Shown here: positions 42,505 through 52,048 of the stretch, in pieces
Layout: each line of letters starts with the position of its first letter
How positions within the stretch are numbered: the stretch's first letter is position 1
Assembly (NCBI GenBank): GCA_041180115.1
Contig: JBEGRZ010000002.1
Span: forward strand, 13,615 to 77,614
Reading direction: 5' to 3'
Origin: Actinomycetota bacterium
GTDB lineage: Bacteria; Actinomycetota; Actinomycetes; Actinomycetales; Microbacteriaceae
DNA: 64,000 nucleotides
The notes under the pieces: generated by a model
Told to the model about the DNA's origin: nothing
What the model saw: only the letters and a program-made list of their open reading frames with translations
The model's database searches: none
Made by a program: the position numbers and the translations under genes

Positions 42505-43034
42505 TGGTCGATTGGCTAGGCGCTTACAAGGAATTGTTCGGGGTTCGCCTAAACATGGTTGTCAGCGGTTCGGGCAGTTTCACCGATGAAACCGGCTCAA
42601 GCCGTGGTATTTCAAACGATTTGGACCGAAAACTGATTGGATACCTTCGACGACAATCGGACGTTGTGGTGACCGGGGGTAATACCGCTCGCAATGAACA
42701 GTATCGAGTTCCTTCGCACTGTTCCCTTGCCGTAATTTCATCTTCATTTGCTTTAGAAGACGACGGTTACATCAGGTTGTCTAACCCTGAATCAGCTATG
42801 TCTGATCTTCGTGAAATGGGTTTCGAAAGGATTCTTTTGGAGACTGGTCCAAGTCTGTCTAAGTACTTTTTAGAGGCTGGCCAAATTGATGAGTTCTGCC
42901 TGACGGTGACTGATGGAGATCTAGAAGTGGCTACCAGGACTATTGCCGGCTTCGGTGTGGAGTTGGAATTGCTTAGCGCCACTGAACTTGAAGGCACTCT
43001 ATTCACCCGCTGGCGGCGTGGCAACGGGGATTGA
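42504..43034 (+). CDS. RibD C-terminal / dihydrofolate-reductase-like family protein
   Basis: 176 aa. VVVTGGNTAR and ILLETGPSLSKYFLEAGQIDEFCLTV resemble the RibD_C reductase fold. The specific function is unknown. Confidence 0.65.
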   Translation: MVDWLGAYKELFGVRLNMVVSGSGSFTDETGSSRGISNDLDRKLIGYLRRQSDVVVTGGNTARNEQYRVPSHCSLAVISSSFALEDDGYIRLSNPESAMSDLREMGFERILLETGPSLSKYFLEAGQIDEFCLTVTDGDLEVATRTIAGFGVELELLSATELEGTLFTRWRRGNGD

Positions 43035-43060
43035 AGCCAGCCTGCGAATATCCTTTTTAG

Positions 43061-43642
43061 GTGCTTGAAATTGAATTCGACGAAAACGCGCACCCTGACT
43101 TTAAGTTAGCTGCGAGCTCTTTTGCTGACGCTGCGATTCGTTCCGAAGTTCTGATCGATCAAATTGATGCACCTCACAATCTTTCCCGGCACGCCATCGC
43201 ATTTGCTTGCGATGTGAAGTCGGAGGAAAGCGACACACTTTTCCGTGGAACTGGGCGTTTCATCATGCTTTGGGATGACGCACCACAGGAATCTTGGACC
43301 AACAACTTCCGAATGATTCTTTACGCGAAATCTCCGCTTGAGAGCGACATCGGCTTTGAAGATGGTTCGGCCGACCTAGCCTGGGCTTGGCTTTCTGAGG
43401 CTCTACACAACCACGGAGCAACCGTTGAGGTTGCCGGTGGTACCACCACTCGTGTTCTTTCCGTCGGTCACGGAACTCTGGCACACCAGAGCAACCATGC
43501 TGAAATCGAAATTCGTGCCAGCTGGTGCCCAACTTCGAACAACTTTGCAGGTCATTTAGAAGCCTGGCTCGATCTCGTATGCATGATGAGTGGCCTTTCG
43601 CTTCACGGCGATGGGGTTACTTCTATTGACTCAAGACTCTAA
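43061..43642 (+). CDS. DUF3000-like protein
   Basis: 193 aa. Its position immediately upstream of the HRDC/RNase D gene and near dxs matches the conserved actinobacterial DUF3000 context. The family assignment is from memory of that synteny. Confidence 0.65.
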   Translation: MLEIEFDENAHPDFKLAASSFADAAIRSEVLIDQIDAPHNLSRHAIAFACDVKSEESDTLFRGTGRFIMLWDDAPQESWTNNFRMILYAKSPLESDIGFEDGSADLAWAWLSEALHNHGATVEVAGGTTTRVLSVGHGTLAHQSNHAEIEIRASWCPTSNNFAGHLEAWLDLVCMMSGLSLHGDGVTSIDSRL

Positions 43643-44855
43643 CGAAGACGATGTCGTTCTGCCGCTTCGGGCAGTTTCTATTGCCGACGTTTACTACGTA
43701 GATTCGGAAACCGAACTTCTTGGTGCGCTTTCGAACCTGCAGGCTGGTACCGGACCTCTGGCAATTGACGCCGAGCGTGCTTCTGGTTTCCGTTACGGAA
43801 ACAAGGCATACCTTATCCAGCTCCACCGAGAAAATGCCGATGTCTTTCTAATTGATCCAATTACTCTGGTTGACACTTCGGCTTGGAAGTCTTTGACCGA
43901 GTTTTGTAACTCGCAAGTCTGGATTCTTCACGCTGCTACTCAAGACCTTGGCTGTCTTGCTGAAATCGAACTTCGCCCTGCGGGACTAATCGACACTGAG
44001 CTCGGTTCCCGTCTCTTGGGGCTTCCTCGGGTGGGACTTGGAGCGGCGTGTGAGCAACTACTTGGCTTCCGCTTGGCGAAGGAGCATTCGGCTGCCGACT
44101 GGTCGATTCGCCCGCTGCCTGATGCTTGGTTAAACTATGCTGCGCTCGATGTGGATGTGCTTCCTGATTTAGCGAAGACTCTTTTGACTGAACTTGAGAA
44201 GGCAGGCAAATCAGCTCTAGCCGGCCAAGAGTTCACCCACCTGCTTTCATTCAAGCCAAAGTTTCACGGACCCGACCGTTGGCGTTCTATGACTGGCTTG
44301 CACGCAGTTAAAGATCAGCACAAGCTAGCTGCGGCCCGAGAACTTTGGATTGCTCGCGAGGAACTTGCCGAAAGGTTAGACGTCTCCCCTGGCCGTCTGG
44401 TGCCCGATGCGTCACTGGTTGCACTAGCTGACTCAGGAATAACTTCCAAGCCACAGATGGCAACTTTGAAGACTTTTATTGGTAGGGCTTCCCGAACTTA
44501 CCTAGATATTTGGTGGGACGCTTATCACAGCGGCTTGCAGTCCATGGACCTGCCACCTTCTCGCCTACCTGCCAGCGGTATTCCGAATCACCGCTCTTGG
44601 CCGAACCGTTTTCCAGAGGCCGACGCTCGTCTTCAAGTTCTGAAGCCGGTTGTGGCTGAAATTGCCGAGGGACTTGAGTTGCCGGTTGAGAATCTGCTGC
44701 AGCCAGATCTTCTTCGAACCGTGGCTTGGTTACCAGCAGAAGATATTTCTGCACAGTTGCTTGATCTGGGGGCGAGGCGCTGGCAGATTGAAGCCGTGGC
44801 TGCTCGCCTTAGTGATGCTCTGGCTGCTCAGAAGACTGCTGATCCAGCTTCCTAG
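43611..44855 (+). CDS. rnd: RNase D-like 3'-5' exonuclease with HRDC domain
   Basis: DEDDy motifs are present: LAIDAERASGF, HAATQDL and YAALDVDV. An HRDC-like region follows (AARELWIAREELAERLDVSPGRL). The start is ambiguous among 43590, 43611 and TTG 43626. Confidence 0.85.
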   Translation: MGLLLLTQDSNEDDVVLPLRAVSIADVYYVDSETELLGALSNLQAGTGPLAIDAERASGFRYGNKAYLIQLHRENADVFLIDPITLVDTSAWKSLTEFCNSQVWILHAATQDLGCLAEIELRPAGLIDTELGSRLLGLPRVGLGAACEQLLGFRLAKEHSAADWSIRPLPDAWLNYAALDVDVLPDLAKTLLTELEKAGKSALAGQEFTHLLSFKPKFHGPDRWRSMTGLHAVKDQHKLAAARELWIAREELAERLDVSPGRLVPDASLVALADSGITSKPQMATLKTFIGRASRTYLDIWWDAYHSGLQSMDLPPSRLPASGIPNHRSWPNRFPEADARLQVLKPVVAEIAEGLELPVENLLQPDLLRTVAWLPAEDISAQLLDLGARRWQIEAVAARLSDALAAQKTADPAS

Positions 44856-46740
44856 CGTGTGGCACGCGAGCGCCTAGCACCTGAGCCACGATGTCGTGTG
44901 AAATCGACTTTGCGGTTAGACCGACTCGTTCCAGGATTTCATCGCGAGAAGCGTGTTCAAGGAACTCATCAGGAAGGCCGACCTCATTGAGCGCGGTATC
45001 GATCTGTGCTGAGCGCATGTCCTGGCGAATCCGAGTACCGATTCCACCGACCTTTACCCCGTCTTCGATGGTGACCACGAGTCTGTGATCGGCTGCTTCG
45101 GCAAGAACAGTCTTAGGAACTGGAACCACCCAGCGCGGGTCGATTACTGTGCAACCAATACCCTGTGCACGCAGGAGCTCGGCTGCCTGAAGACCAATGG
45201 TAGCCATCGAGCCAATCGCTACGATTAGTACATCCTTGGCCGGCGACTGATAGAGGAAATCGACGCCGTCTGAAGAACGATTCAGCGAAGGAATGCTCTC
45301 GGTTGCGACGCCCTTAGGGAAGCGAATCACAGTGGCGGCATCAGACACCAAAACTGCCTCGTTTAACTCTTCCCTGAGGCGCTCAGCATCTCTAGGGGCG
45401 GCAATTTTGACGCCTGGTACAACCTGTAGAACCGAGAGGTCCCACATGCCATGGTGACTGGCGCCGTCGGGCCCAGTGACACCCGCACGGTCGAGAACGA
45501 AAGTGACGCCGGCTTTATGAAGAGCTACATCCATTAGCACCTGGTCGAAGGCGCGGTTGATGAAGGTTGCGTAGACAGCGACGACCGGGTGCAAACCACC
45601 GAAGGCCATGCCGGCAGCCGAAGCAACTGCGTGCTGCTCAGCAATCCCAACATCGAATACTCGAGTAGGGTACTTCGCAGCCATGGCATCGAGGCCAACC
45701 GGAATCGTCATGGCTCCGGAAATTGCGACCACGTCTTCACGGGCATCGGCAATCTTCACCATTTCCTCGCGGAAGATGTTAGTCCATGATGGTCCGCCAC
45801 TGATTTCCAAAGATTCGCCGGTGGTTGGGTCGATCTTTCCAATCGCGTGGAATTGATCGTCCTCGTTGAGCATCGCAGGGTCAAAGCCTTTACCCTTTTG
45901 GGTTATGACGTGCACGATCACCGGCGAGCTGTAGTTTTTGGCCTGACGAAGAGCGTGTTCTAGGTCTTCGATGTTGTGACCATCAACCGGGCCGATGTAC
46001 TTGATGTCGAGGTTTGGGAACATGCTTTCCGGAGCCATGGTCTCCAGCGCGCTGCGACCCGCACCCCTGGCGGCGTTGAAAACCAGGCGGCCTAGTGTTC
46101 CAAAGCCATAGAACACTCGCTTGCTCAAGCGGTACATCTTCTTGTACATCTTGTCGGTGCGGATGTTGGTCATGTGCTTCGCTAAACCACCGATGGTAGG
46201 CGCGTAGGAACGACCGTTGTCGTTCACCACAATCACAAGCTTTCGATCGTTCTCGTGGGTGATGTTGTTTAGGGCTTCCCAGGTCATACCACCGGTCAGT
46301 GCGCCATCACCGAGCAGGGCCACCACGTAGCGGTCGTCCTGTCCGGAGATCTTGAAGGCCTTGGCAATTCCGTCAGCCCAGGAAAGCGAGGACGAAGCGT
46401 GAGAGCTTTCCACGACGTCGTGCTGGGATTCGGAACGCTGCGGATAGCCAGCGATGCCATCTTTCTTGCGAAGAGTGCTGAGGTCCTTACGGCCGGTCAA
46501 TAGCTTATGAACGTAAGACTGGTGGCCGGTGTCAAAAATGATCGGGTCTTTAGGTGAGTCGAAAACTCTGTGGATGGCAACCGTGGCTTCAACGACACCG
46601 AGGTTTGGGCCCAGGTGGCCGCCGGTTTTGGCAACCGACTGCACGAGGTGCTCACGGAGTTCGCCGCAAAGAGTTTTTACCTCGGAAATACTGAGCGCAT
46701 CAAGGTCACGTGGACCATTGATGCGCTCAAGTATTGCCAT
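44809..46740 (-). CDS. dxs: 1-deoxy-D-xylulose-5-phosphate synthase
   Basis: 643 aa. DTGHQSYVHKLLTGR, the ThDP motif GDGALTGGMTWEALNN and IAEQHAV are present. Confidence 0.97.
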   Translation of the reverse strand: MAILERINGPRDLDALSISEVKTLCGELREHLVQSVAKTGGHLGPNLGVVEATVAIHRVFDSPKDPIIFDTGHQSYVHKLLTGRKDLSTLRKKDGIAGYPQRSESQHDVVESSHASSSLSWADGIAKAFKISGQDDRYVVALLGDGALTGGMTWEALNNITHENDRKLVIVVNDNGRSYAPTIGGLAKHMTNIRTDKMYKKMYRLSKRVFYGFGTLGRLVFNAARGAGRSALETMAPESMFPNLDIKYIGPVDGHNIEDLEHALRQAKNYSSPVIVHVITQKGKGFDPAMLNEDDQFHAIGKIDPTTGESLEISGGPSWTNIFREEMVKIADAREDVVAISGAMTIPVGLDAMAAKYPTRVFDVGIAEQHAVASAAGMAFGGLHPVVAVYATFINRAFDQVLMDVALHKAGVTFVLDRAGVTGPDGASHHGMWDLSVLQVVPGVKIAAPRDAERLREELNEAVLVSDAATVIRFPKGVATESIPSLNRSSDGVDFLYQSPAKDVLIVAIGSMATIGLQAAELLRAQGIGCTVIDPRWVVPVPKTVLAEAADHRLVVTIEDGVKVGGIGTRIRQDMRSAQIDTALNEVGLPDEFLEHASRDEILERVGLTAKSISHDIVAQVLGARVPHARKLDQQSSEQPEHH

Positions 46741-46768
46741 GTTGGTCTAAACCCGACTATTCGCGGTT

Positions 46769-49447
46769 TTATGCCACCAACGAGCGAAGAACGAACTGAA
46801 GGATTCCGCCGTTACGGTAGTAGTCGGCCTCTCCCGGGGTATCGATTCGAACAACAGCGTCGAAAGTAACGGTCTGTTTGCCAGCTGGCGAGTGTGCCGA
46901 AGGCTTTGCAGTTACCTTTAGGGTCTTTGGAGTGTTGCCGTTGTTTAGTTCGGTGATGCCCTCAATGTCGTAGATTTCAGTTCCATCGAGACCAAGAGAG
47001 GCAGCAGTCTCGCCGGCAGGGTACTGCAGTGGAACTACACCCATACCGATTAGGTTGCTGCGGTGAATACGCTCGAAGCTTTCGGCAATAACTGCCTTGA
47101 CGCCTAGCAGGCTGGTTCCCTTTGCTGCCCAGTCACGCGACGATCCTGTTCCGTACTCCTTGCCGCCAAGAACCACAAGTGGGGTTCCCTGAGCACGGTA
47201 GTTTTCAGAGGCGTCAAAGATGAAGCTCTGAGGAGCGTCGGCCTGAGTAAAGTCTCGAGTGTAACCACCCTCAACGCCGTCTAGTAGAAGGTTCTTCAGG
47301 CGGATATTGGCGAAGGTACCGCGGATCATGATTTCGTGGTTTCCACGACGTGAACCGTAGCTGTTGAAGTCGGCGCGAGCCACACCCTGAGCGGTCAGGT
47401 ACTTACCAGCAGGCGAGTCAACCTTGATTGAAGACGCAGGACTGATGTGGTCGGTGGTAACCGAGTCACCCAGCAGCGCCAGAACGCGAGCGCCGTTAAT
47501 GTCGTTCACAGGGTCCGGAGTCATCTTCATGCCATCGAAGTATGGAGCCTTCTTTACGTAGGTCGACTTGTCGTCCCATGCGAAGGTTGCGCCGGTTGGA
47601 GTAGGTAGCCCCTGCCAACGTGCGTCACCCTCGAATACACTGCCATACTGCTTCTTGAACATCTCCGAGTTAATCGAAGAGTCGATGGTGGCCTGAACTT
47701 CTTCAGGGGTTGGCCAGATGTCCTTTAGGAAGACGTCGTTGCCGTCTTGGTCCTTACCCAAAGAATCGGTGTCAAAGTCGAAGTCCATGGTTCCGGCTAG
47801 CGAATAAGCGATTACTAGCGGAGGCGAAGCCAGGTAGTTCATCTTCACGTCAGGGCTGATGCGACCTTCGAAGTTACGGTTACCCGAAAGCACTGCGGTA
47901 ACAGCTAGGTCATTCTCCTGGATCGAAGCCGAGATGCTCTCGTCTAGAGGACCAGAGTTACCAATACAGGTAGCACAGCCGTAACCAACAAGGTTGAAGC
48001 CAAGAGCGTTTAGGTCATCGGTCAAACCAGCTGCCTGGTAGTACTCGGTAACAACTTTCGAACCTGGAGCCAGCGAAGTCTTGACCCAAGGCTTAGCCTT
48101 GAGGCCCTTCTTCACTGCGTTGCGAGCAACTAGACCGGCAGCCAACATAACCGAAGGGTTCGAGGTGTTGGTGCACGAGGTGATCGAAGCAATGGTCACG
48201 TAACCGTTGTCGATGGTGTAATCCTTGCCAGCAACAGCCGAAGGCTTTGAGACTTCCGAGACGTAGCCAGGAAGCGATTTCTGGAAGTTTTCCTTCGACT
48301 TCGAAAGCTCAATGCGGTCCTGAGGGCGCTTTGGTCCAGCAATCGAAGGCTTCACGGTGCCGAGGTCTAGCTCTAGGTACTCGCTGTAGACAGGCTCGAT
48401 GCTTGGGTCGTGCCATAGTCCCTGAGCCTGGGTGTAGGCCTTGACTAGTGCAACTTCCTCTTCGCTGCGACCTGTAATACGTAGGTAGTCGAGGGTTACT
48501 TCGTCGATTGGGAAGATCGCAACGGTTGAACCGAACTCCGGGCTCATGTTACCGATGGTGGCACGGTTAGCTAGAGGGACCGAGGTTACACCGTTTCCGT
48601 AGAACTCTACGAACTTGCCAACTACACCGTGCTTGCGAAGCTGCTCGGTGATGGTTAGAACTACGTCGGTTGCGGTTACGCCCATAGGGATCGAACCGGT
48701 TAGCTTAAAGCCAACGACTCGAGGGATTAGCATCGAAACCGGCTGTCCAAGCATGGCTGCCTCGGCTTCAATTCCACCGACACCCCAACCTAGGACTCCA
48801 AGACCGTTCACCATGGTGGTGTGCGAGTCGGTACCGACACAGCTGTCTGGGTAAGCCTGAAGCTCTCCCCCGACCTCGCGTGCCATAACGGTGCGAGCTA
48901 GGTACTCGATATTTACCTGGTGCACGATACCGGTGCCAGGAGGAACTACCTTGAAGTTGTCAAACGCGGTCTGGCCCCAGCGAAGGAACTGGTAACGCTC
49001 GCCATTGCGCTGGTACTCAAGTTCTACGTTCTTCTCGAAAGCGTCTGCGCTTCCGGCAACGTCGATGATTACCGAGTGGTCGATGACCATCTCGGCTGGG
49101 GCAAGTGGGTTGATGCGCTCTGGGTCTCCACCAAGTGCTGCTACAGCTTCACGCATGGTGGCTAGGTCAACAACACAAGGAACACCGGTAAAGTCCTGCA
49201 TGATCACGCGTGCCGGGGTGAACTGGATCTCGGTGTCTGGCTCTGCGTTTGGGTCCCAGCTGGCGAGAGCCTTGATCTGAGCGGCCGTTACGTTCGCGCC
49301 GTCCTCGGTGCGTAGCAAGTTCTCTAGAAGAATCTTGAGGCTGTATGGCAGCTTAGGGGCGTTGAGTTTATCGAGACGGAAGTATCGATATTCCTTGTCC
49401 CCGACCTTAAGAAGGTCTGCTGAATCGAAACTGTTCACCTTTGACAT
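46769..49447 (-). CDS. acnA: aconitate hydratase A
   Basis: 892 aa. The Fe-S ligand context ([17 protein letters not shown]) and a swivel domain are present. Confidence 0.97.
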   Translation of the reverse strand: MSKVNSFDSADLLKVGDKEYRYFRLDKLNAPKLPYSLKILLENLLRTEDGANVTAAQIKALASWDPNAEPDTEIQFTPARVIMQDFTGVPCVVDLATMREAVAALGGDPERINPLAPAEMVIDHSVIIDVAGSADAFEKNVELEYQRNGERYQFLRWGQTAFDNFKVVPPGTGIVHQVNIEYLARTVMAREVGGELQAYPDSCVGTDSHTTMVNGLGVLGWGVGGIEAEAAMLGQPVSMLIPRVVGFKLTGSIPMGVTATDVVLTITEQLRKHGVVGKFVEFYGNGVTSVPLANRATIGNMSPEFGSTVAIFPIDEVTLDYLRITGRSEEEVALVKAYTQAQGLWHDPSIEPVYSEYLELDLGTVKPSIAGPKRPQDRIELSKSKENFQKSLPGYVSEVSKPSAVAGKDYTIDNGYVTIASITSCTNTSNPSVMLAAGLVARNAVKKGLKAKPWVKTSLAPGSKVVTEYYQAAGLTDDLNALGFNLVGYGCATCIGNSGPLDESISASIQENDLAVTAVLSGNRNFEGRISPDVKMNYLASPPLVIAYSLAGTMDFDFDTDSLGKDQDGNDVFLKDIWPTPEEVQATIDSSINSEMFKKQYGSVFEGDARWQGLPTPTGATFAWDDKSTYVKKAPYFDGMKMTPDPVNDINGARVLALLGDSVTTDHISPASSIKVDSPAGKYLTAQGVARADFNSYGSRRGNHEIMIRGTFANIRLKNLLLDGVEGGYTRDFTQADAPQSFIFDASENYRAQGTPLVVLGGKEYGTGSSRDWAAKGTSLLGVKAVIAESFERIHRSNLIGMGVVPLQYPAGETAASLGLDGTEIYDIEGITELNNGNTPKTLKVTAKPSAHSPAGKQTVTFDAVVRIDTPGEADYYRNGGILQFVLRSLVA

Positions 49448-49489
49448 GGCTTCTCCTAGCGAAAGAAATATTCGCTTCCAAAACTACCA

Positions 49490-50119
49490 TTACTTGGGAG
49501 ACTTATCGCTCACCTTAGCGGCTAGCCAACTAAACCAAATCACGAGTGCATAAAGCGGGGTTCCCAGGGCAAGCTTGGCTACGCCGAGAGCTGCCACCTG
49601 CCCCGAAAGATAAAGTGGCCCTTGAACTGCAATACGGAGTGCGAACATACCGATCCACATCACCGTGATCCAGAAATAGCGTCGGTAAAGGGCTTTGTCT
49701 TTTCGCCAGGTCTTTTGGGTGCCGGTGAACAGGCTCAGCGCGAAGCCCATTAACGGAACTCGAAACAAGAGCGAGACCACTAGGACGGAGAAGTACGCCA
49801 GGTTGGTCAAAAGCCCAGGCAAGAAGTAGTCGGCAGCGTGAGTGTCATTCAAGCCGTCACGCAAGGGTAGGTAAATGGAAATTCCGAGGCCGACCATACC
49901 GGCGAATACCTGCGTGAGTGGCTTTTTGCGAATGATTTGCAGGATGGCGAAAAATACCGAGATCGAGCCAGCCAAAACTGCCGAGAGTACTACGTCTAAG
50001 GTCAGACTGAAAATCGTAACGTAGACGGTGCCAGGAACGAGAGATTCGAGAATACCGACTGGCCCTCCGAGCGTAGCGAGGATGTCTCCTTGCTTCTGGT
50101 CAGGTTTCTTTTCAGTCAT
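49490..50119 (-). CDS. DUF3159-like integral membrane protein
   Basis: 209 aa with about 6 hydrophobic helices. It occupies the conserved position next to DUF3710 and dut in Actinobacteria. Confidence 0.7.
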   Translation of the reverse strand: MTEKKPDQKQGDILATLGGPVGILESLVPGTVYVTIFSLTLDVVLSAVLAGSISVFFAILQIIRKKPLTQVFAGMVGLGISIYLPLRDGLNDTHAADYFLPGLLTNLAYFSVLVVSLLFRVPLMGFALSLFTGTQKTWRKDKALYRRYFWITVMWIGMFALRIAVQGPLYLSGQVAALGVAKLALGTPLYALVIWFSWLAAKVSDKSPK

Positions 50120-50685
50120 TAGAGCGCGAACTTTGGTGGTGCAAAAGTGCCGTCTGGAAGTTTTAGCGGCAGGGCTTCGCGTGGAGGCAGCGGAATGTTT
50201 CCACGATCCACAACCAGCGAGCGGAAGATGTCTTCCATGTTTACCGCGGCAGCTGCGTTGGTAAGAGCCTTACCGGTGATAACACCGCGCAGGAACCAAC
50301 GTGGTCCGTCAACGCCAATGAAACGCATCACTTTGTTGCCATCTGGGGTTGGCACGCTAACATCTAGCTGCCCGCCAAAGCCGCCATTCCCTTCGGTGAC
50401 CGAGCCACCACTGGAAACGATACTGGCTTTGATTTGGGCGTAGATATCCGGCCACATATCTTCACTCTTCGACGCCGCAAAAGGTGACACCTGAAGTGAG
50501 GAGCCATCGTACTCAAAACTGACCGAGACAACCTGCCCTGTGGCATCACTGATTTCACCGCGGACAATCACGCCTTCGATAGTAGGCATCAGAAGTGAGC
50601 CGAACGAAATGAACCCAAGGGTTGAAGGGATTTCACTAATGTCTTTTGGCCCAACGTCGCGCTGAGAGGTTACAAGTTCAGTCAT
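50119..50685 (-). CDS. DUF3710-like protein
   Basis: DGPRWFLRGVITG and the acidic N-terminus are typical. The ATG at 50685 (MTELVTSQRD), 4 nt after the dut stop, is preferred over 50727, which would overlap dut by 38 nt. Confidence 0.72.
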   Translation of the reverse strand: MTELVTSQRDVGPKDISEIPSTLGFISFGSLLMPTIEGVIVRGEISDATGQVVSVSFEYDGSSLQVSPFAASKSEDMWPDIYAQIKASIVSSGGSVTEGNGGFGGQLDVSVPTPDGNKVMRFIGVDGPRWFLRGVITGKALTNAAAAVNMEDIFRSLVVDRGNIPLPPREALPLKLPDGTFAPPKFAL

Positions 50686-50689
50686 GGGT

Positions 50690-51127
50690 TTACTTGACTC
50701 CGGTCGAACCAAATCCTGAATCCCCACGGTGTGACTCTGGAAGCGAGTCGACGACTACGAACTCGGCCCTAGCAAACTCCTGAATCACCAACTGAGCAAT
50801 TCGGTCTAGACGTGCTACTGGGAAATCCTGGTCTGTGCTGTTGTAGAGGGTGACCATGATCTCGCCACGATAGCCGGCATCAATGGTGCCAGGGGTGTTA
50901 AGAACCGTGATGCCACTTTTTGCTGCCAAACCCGAACGTGGATGAACTAAGCCAACGTAGCCATCAGGAAGCGCAATCGATACACCGGTCTTCACTAGGA
51001 CGCGTCCGCGAGCTGGAACTACAGCTGCTTCCGATGCGCGAAGATCACAGCCGGCATCACCTGGCTGCGCGTAGGCAGGACGGAGTTCAGGGTCGGCAAC
51101 AATTAGCACGGGCACACTTTGAGTCAT
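50690..51127 (-). CDS. dut: dUTP diphosphatase
   Basis: 145 aa. AGCDL, GTIDAGYRGE and C-terminal RGDSGFGSTG motifs are present. Confidence 0.95.
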   Translation of the reverse strand: MTQSVPVLIVADPELRPAYAQPGDAGCDLRASEAAVVPARGRVLVKTGVSIALPDGYVGLVHPRSGLAAKSGITVLNTPGTIDAGYRGEIMVTLYNSTDQDFPVARLDRIAQLVIQEFARAEFVVVDSLPESHRGDSGFGSTGVK

Positions 51128-51149
51128 GAGTAGAGCGTAATCTAAATCT

Positions 51150-51584
51150 GTGATTGTGTTTCGCGAACGAGTGCTACCGAGCGCTGCAAATTTGATACTC
51201 CCACTACTGCTATTCCCGAGCGTCGTGGCCGTGATGCTGCCTCTCGCTCCGGACTTTGCTCTGATTGTCGCGATCTTGGTTACAGTCGCGTTTTGCCTTT
51301 TCGTTTACTTCTCTTCACCGGTTCTTCTGTGTGACGGTGAAACCCTGGCTGCGAGAAATGCAGAGATTCCCTTGAATTTATTGGGCAAGGCAACAGTCAT
51401 CGAGCGCGAAAGTCAGTTTGAAGAGCTAGGTCCAAACCTCGACGCAAGAGCCTGGCTGTGCATTCAAGCGAGCGTAAAGAAGCTGGTCAAAATCGAATTG
51501 AACGACCCGAACGATCCAACTCCGTACTGGTTGGTAACCACGCGGCGCCCAGAAGAGCTCGCAGCTCTAATCAATAAGGCTTAG
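51150..51584 (+). CDS. DUF3093-like membrane protein
   Basis: 144 aa. FRERVLPS is followed by two transmembrane helices. It is divergent from dut, as in other Actinobacteria. Confidence 0.68.
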   Translation: MIVFRERVLPSAANLILPLLLFPSVVAVMLPLAPDFALIVAILVTVAFCLFVYFSSPVLLCDGETLAARNAEIPLNLLGKATVIERESQFEELGPNLDARAWLCIQASVKKLVKIELNDPNDPTPYWLVTTRRPEELAALINKA

Positions 51585-51871
51585 CCGGCGCACTCGACGC
51601 ACACTGCGTGTCCGTCGATTTTCTTCTTTGAGGCCTGGGAACGGTGCTTCACAATGAAGCACTGCATGCAGGTGAACTCGTCGCTCTGGGGCGGAATTAC
51701 TACTACCTCGGTTAGTTCATCGTGTCGCTCAGGGTCGATGATTTCACCAACGTGCTCAACCTCGTCAAGCTCCGAACTGACCTGGCTTTTCTCTGGAAGG
51801 CGCTCTTTAAGCGCGTCCAGCGACTCAGCGTCGTCGTCGCCTTTACGTGGTGCATCGTAATCGGTGGCCAT
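51581..51871 (-). CDS. DUF4193-like small acidic protein with C-terminal CxxC..CxxC
   Basis: 96 aa with N-terminus MATDYDAPRK, an acidic middle, and FTCMQCFIVKHRSQ...AVCVECAG (four Cys). Confidence 0.78.
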   Translation of the reverse strand: MATDYDAPRKGDDDAESLDALKERLPEKSQVSSELDEVEHVGEIIDPERHDELTEVVVIPPQSDEFTCMQCFIVKHRSQASKKKIDGHAVCVECAG

Positions 51872-52048
51872 CTGCCTACCCTTCGTGAAACGGTGAAAAT
51901 TGCGCTAGGCGCGAATAGTGTCCAACATCTATCGCGATTTCGCAAACACAAAACACCAAAACTTCGAAAAAAAGTTCTTTATTCCACACCTAACTAAATG
52001 CGAGGTTTCTAACGCGCCTAGTGGCAAACTCTTATCCAAGGAGAAACA

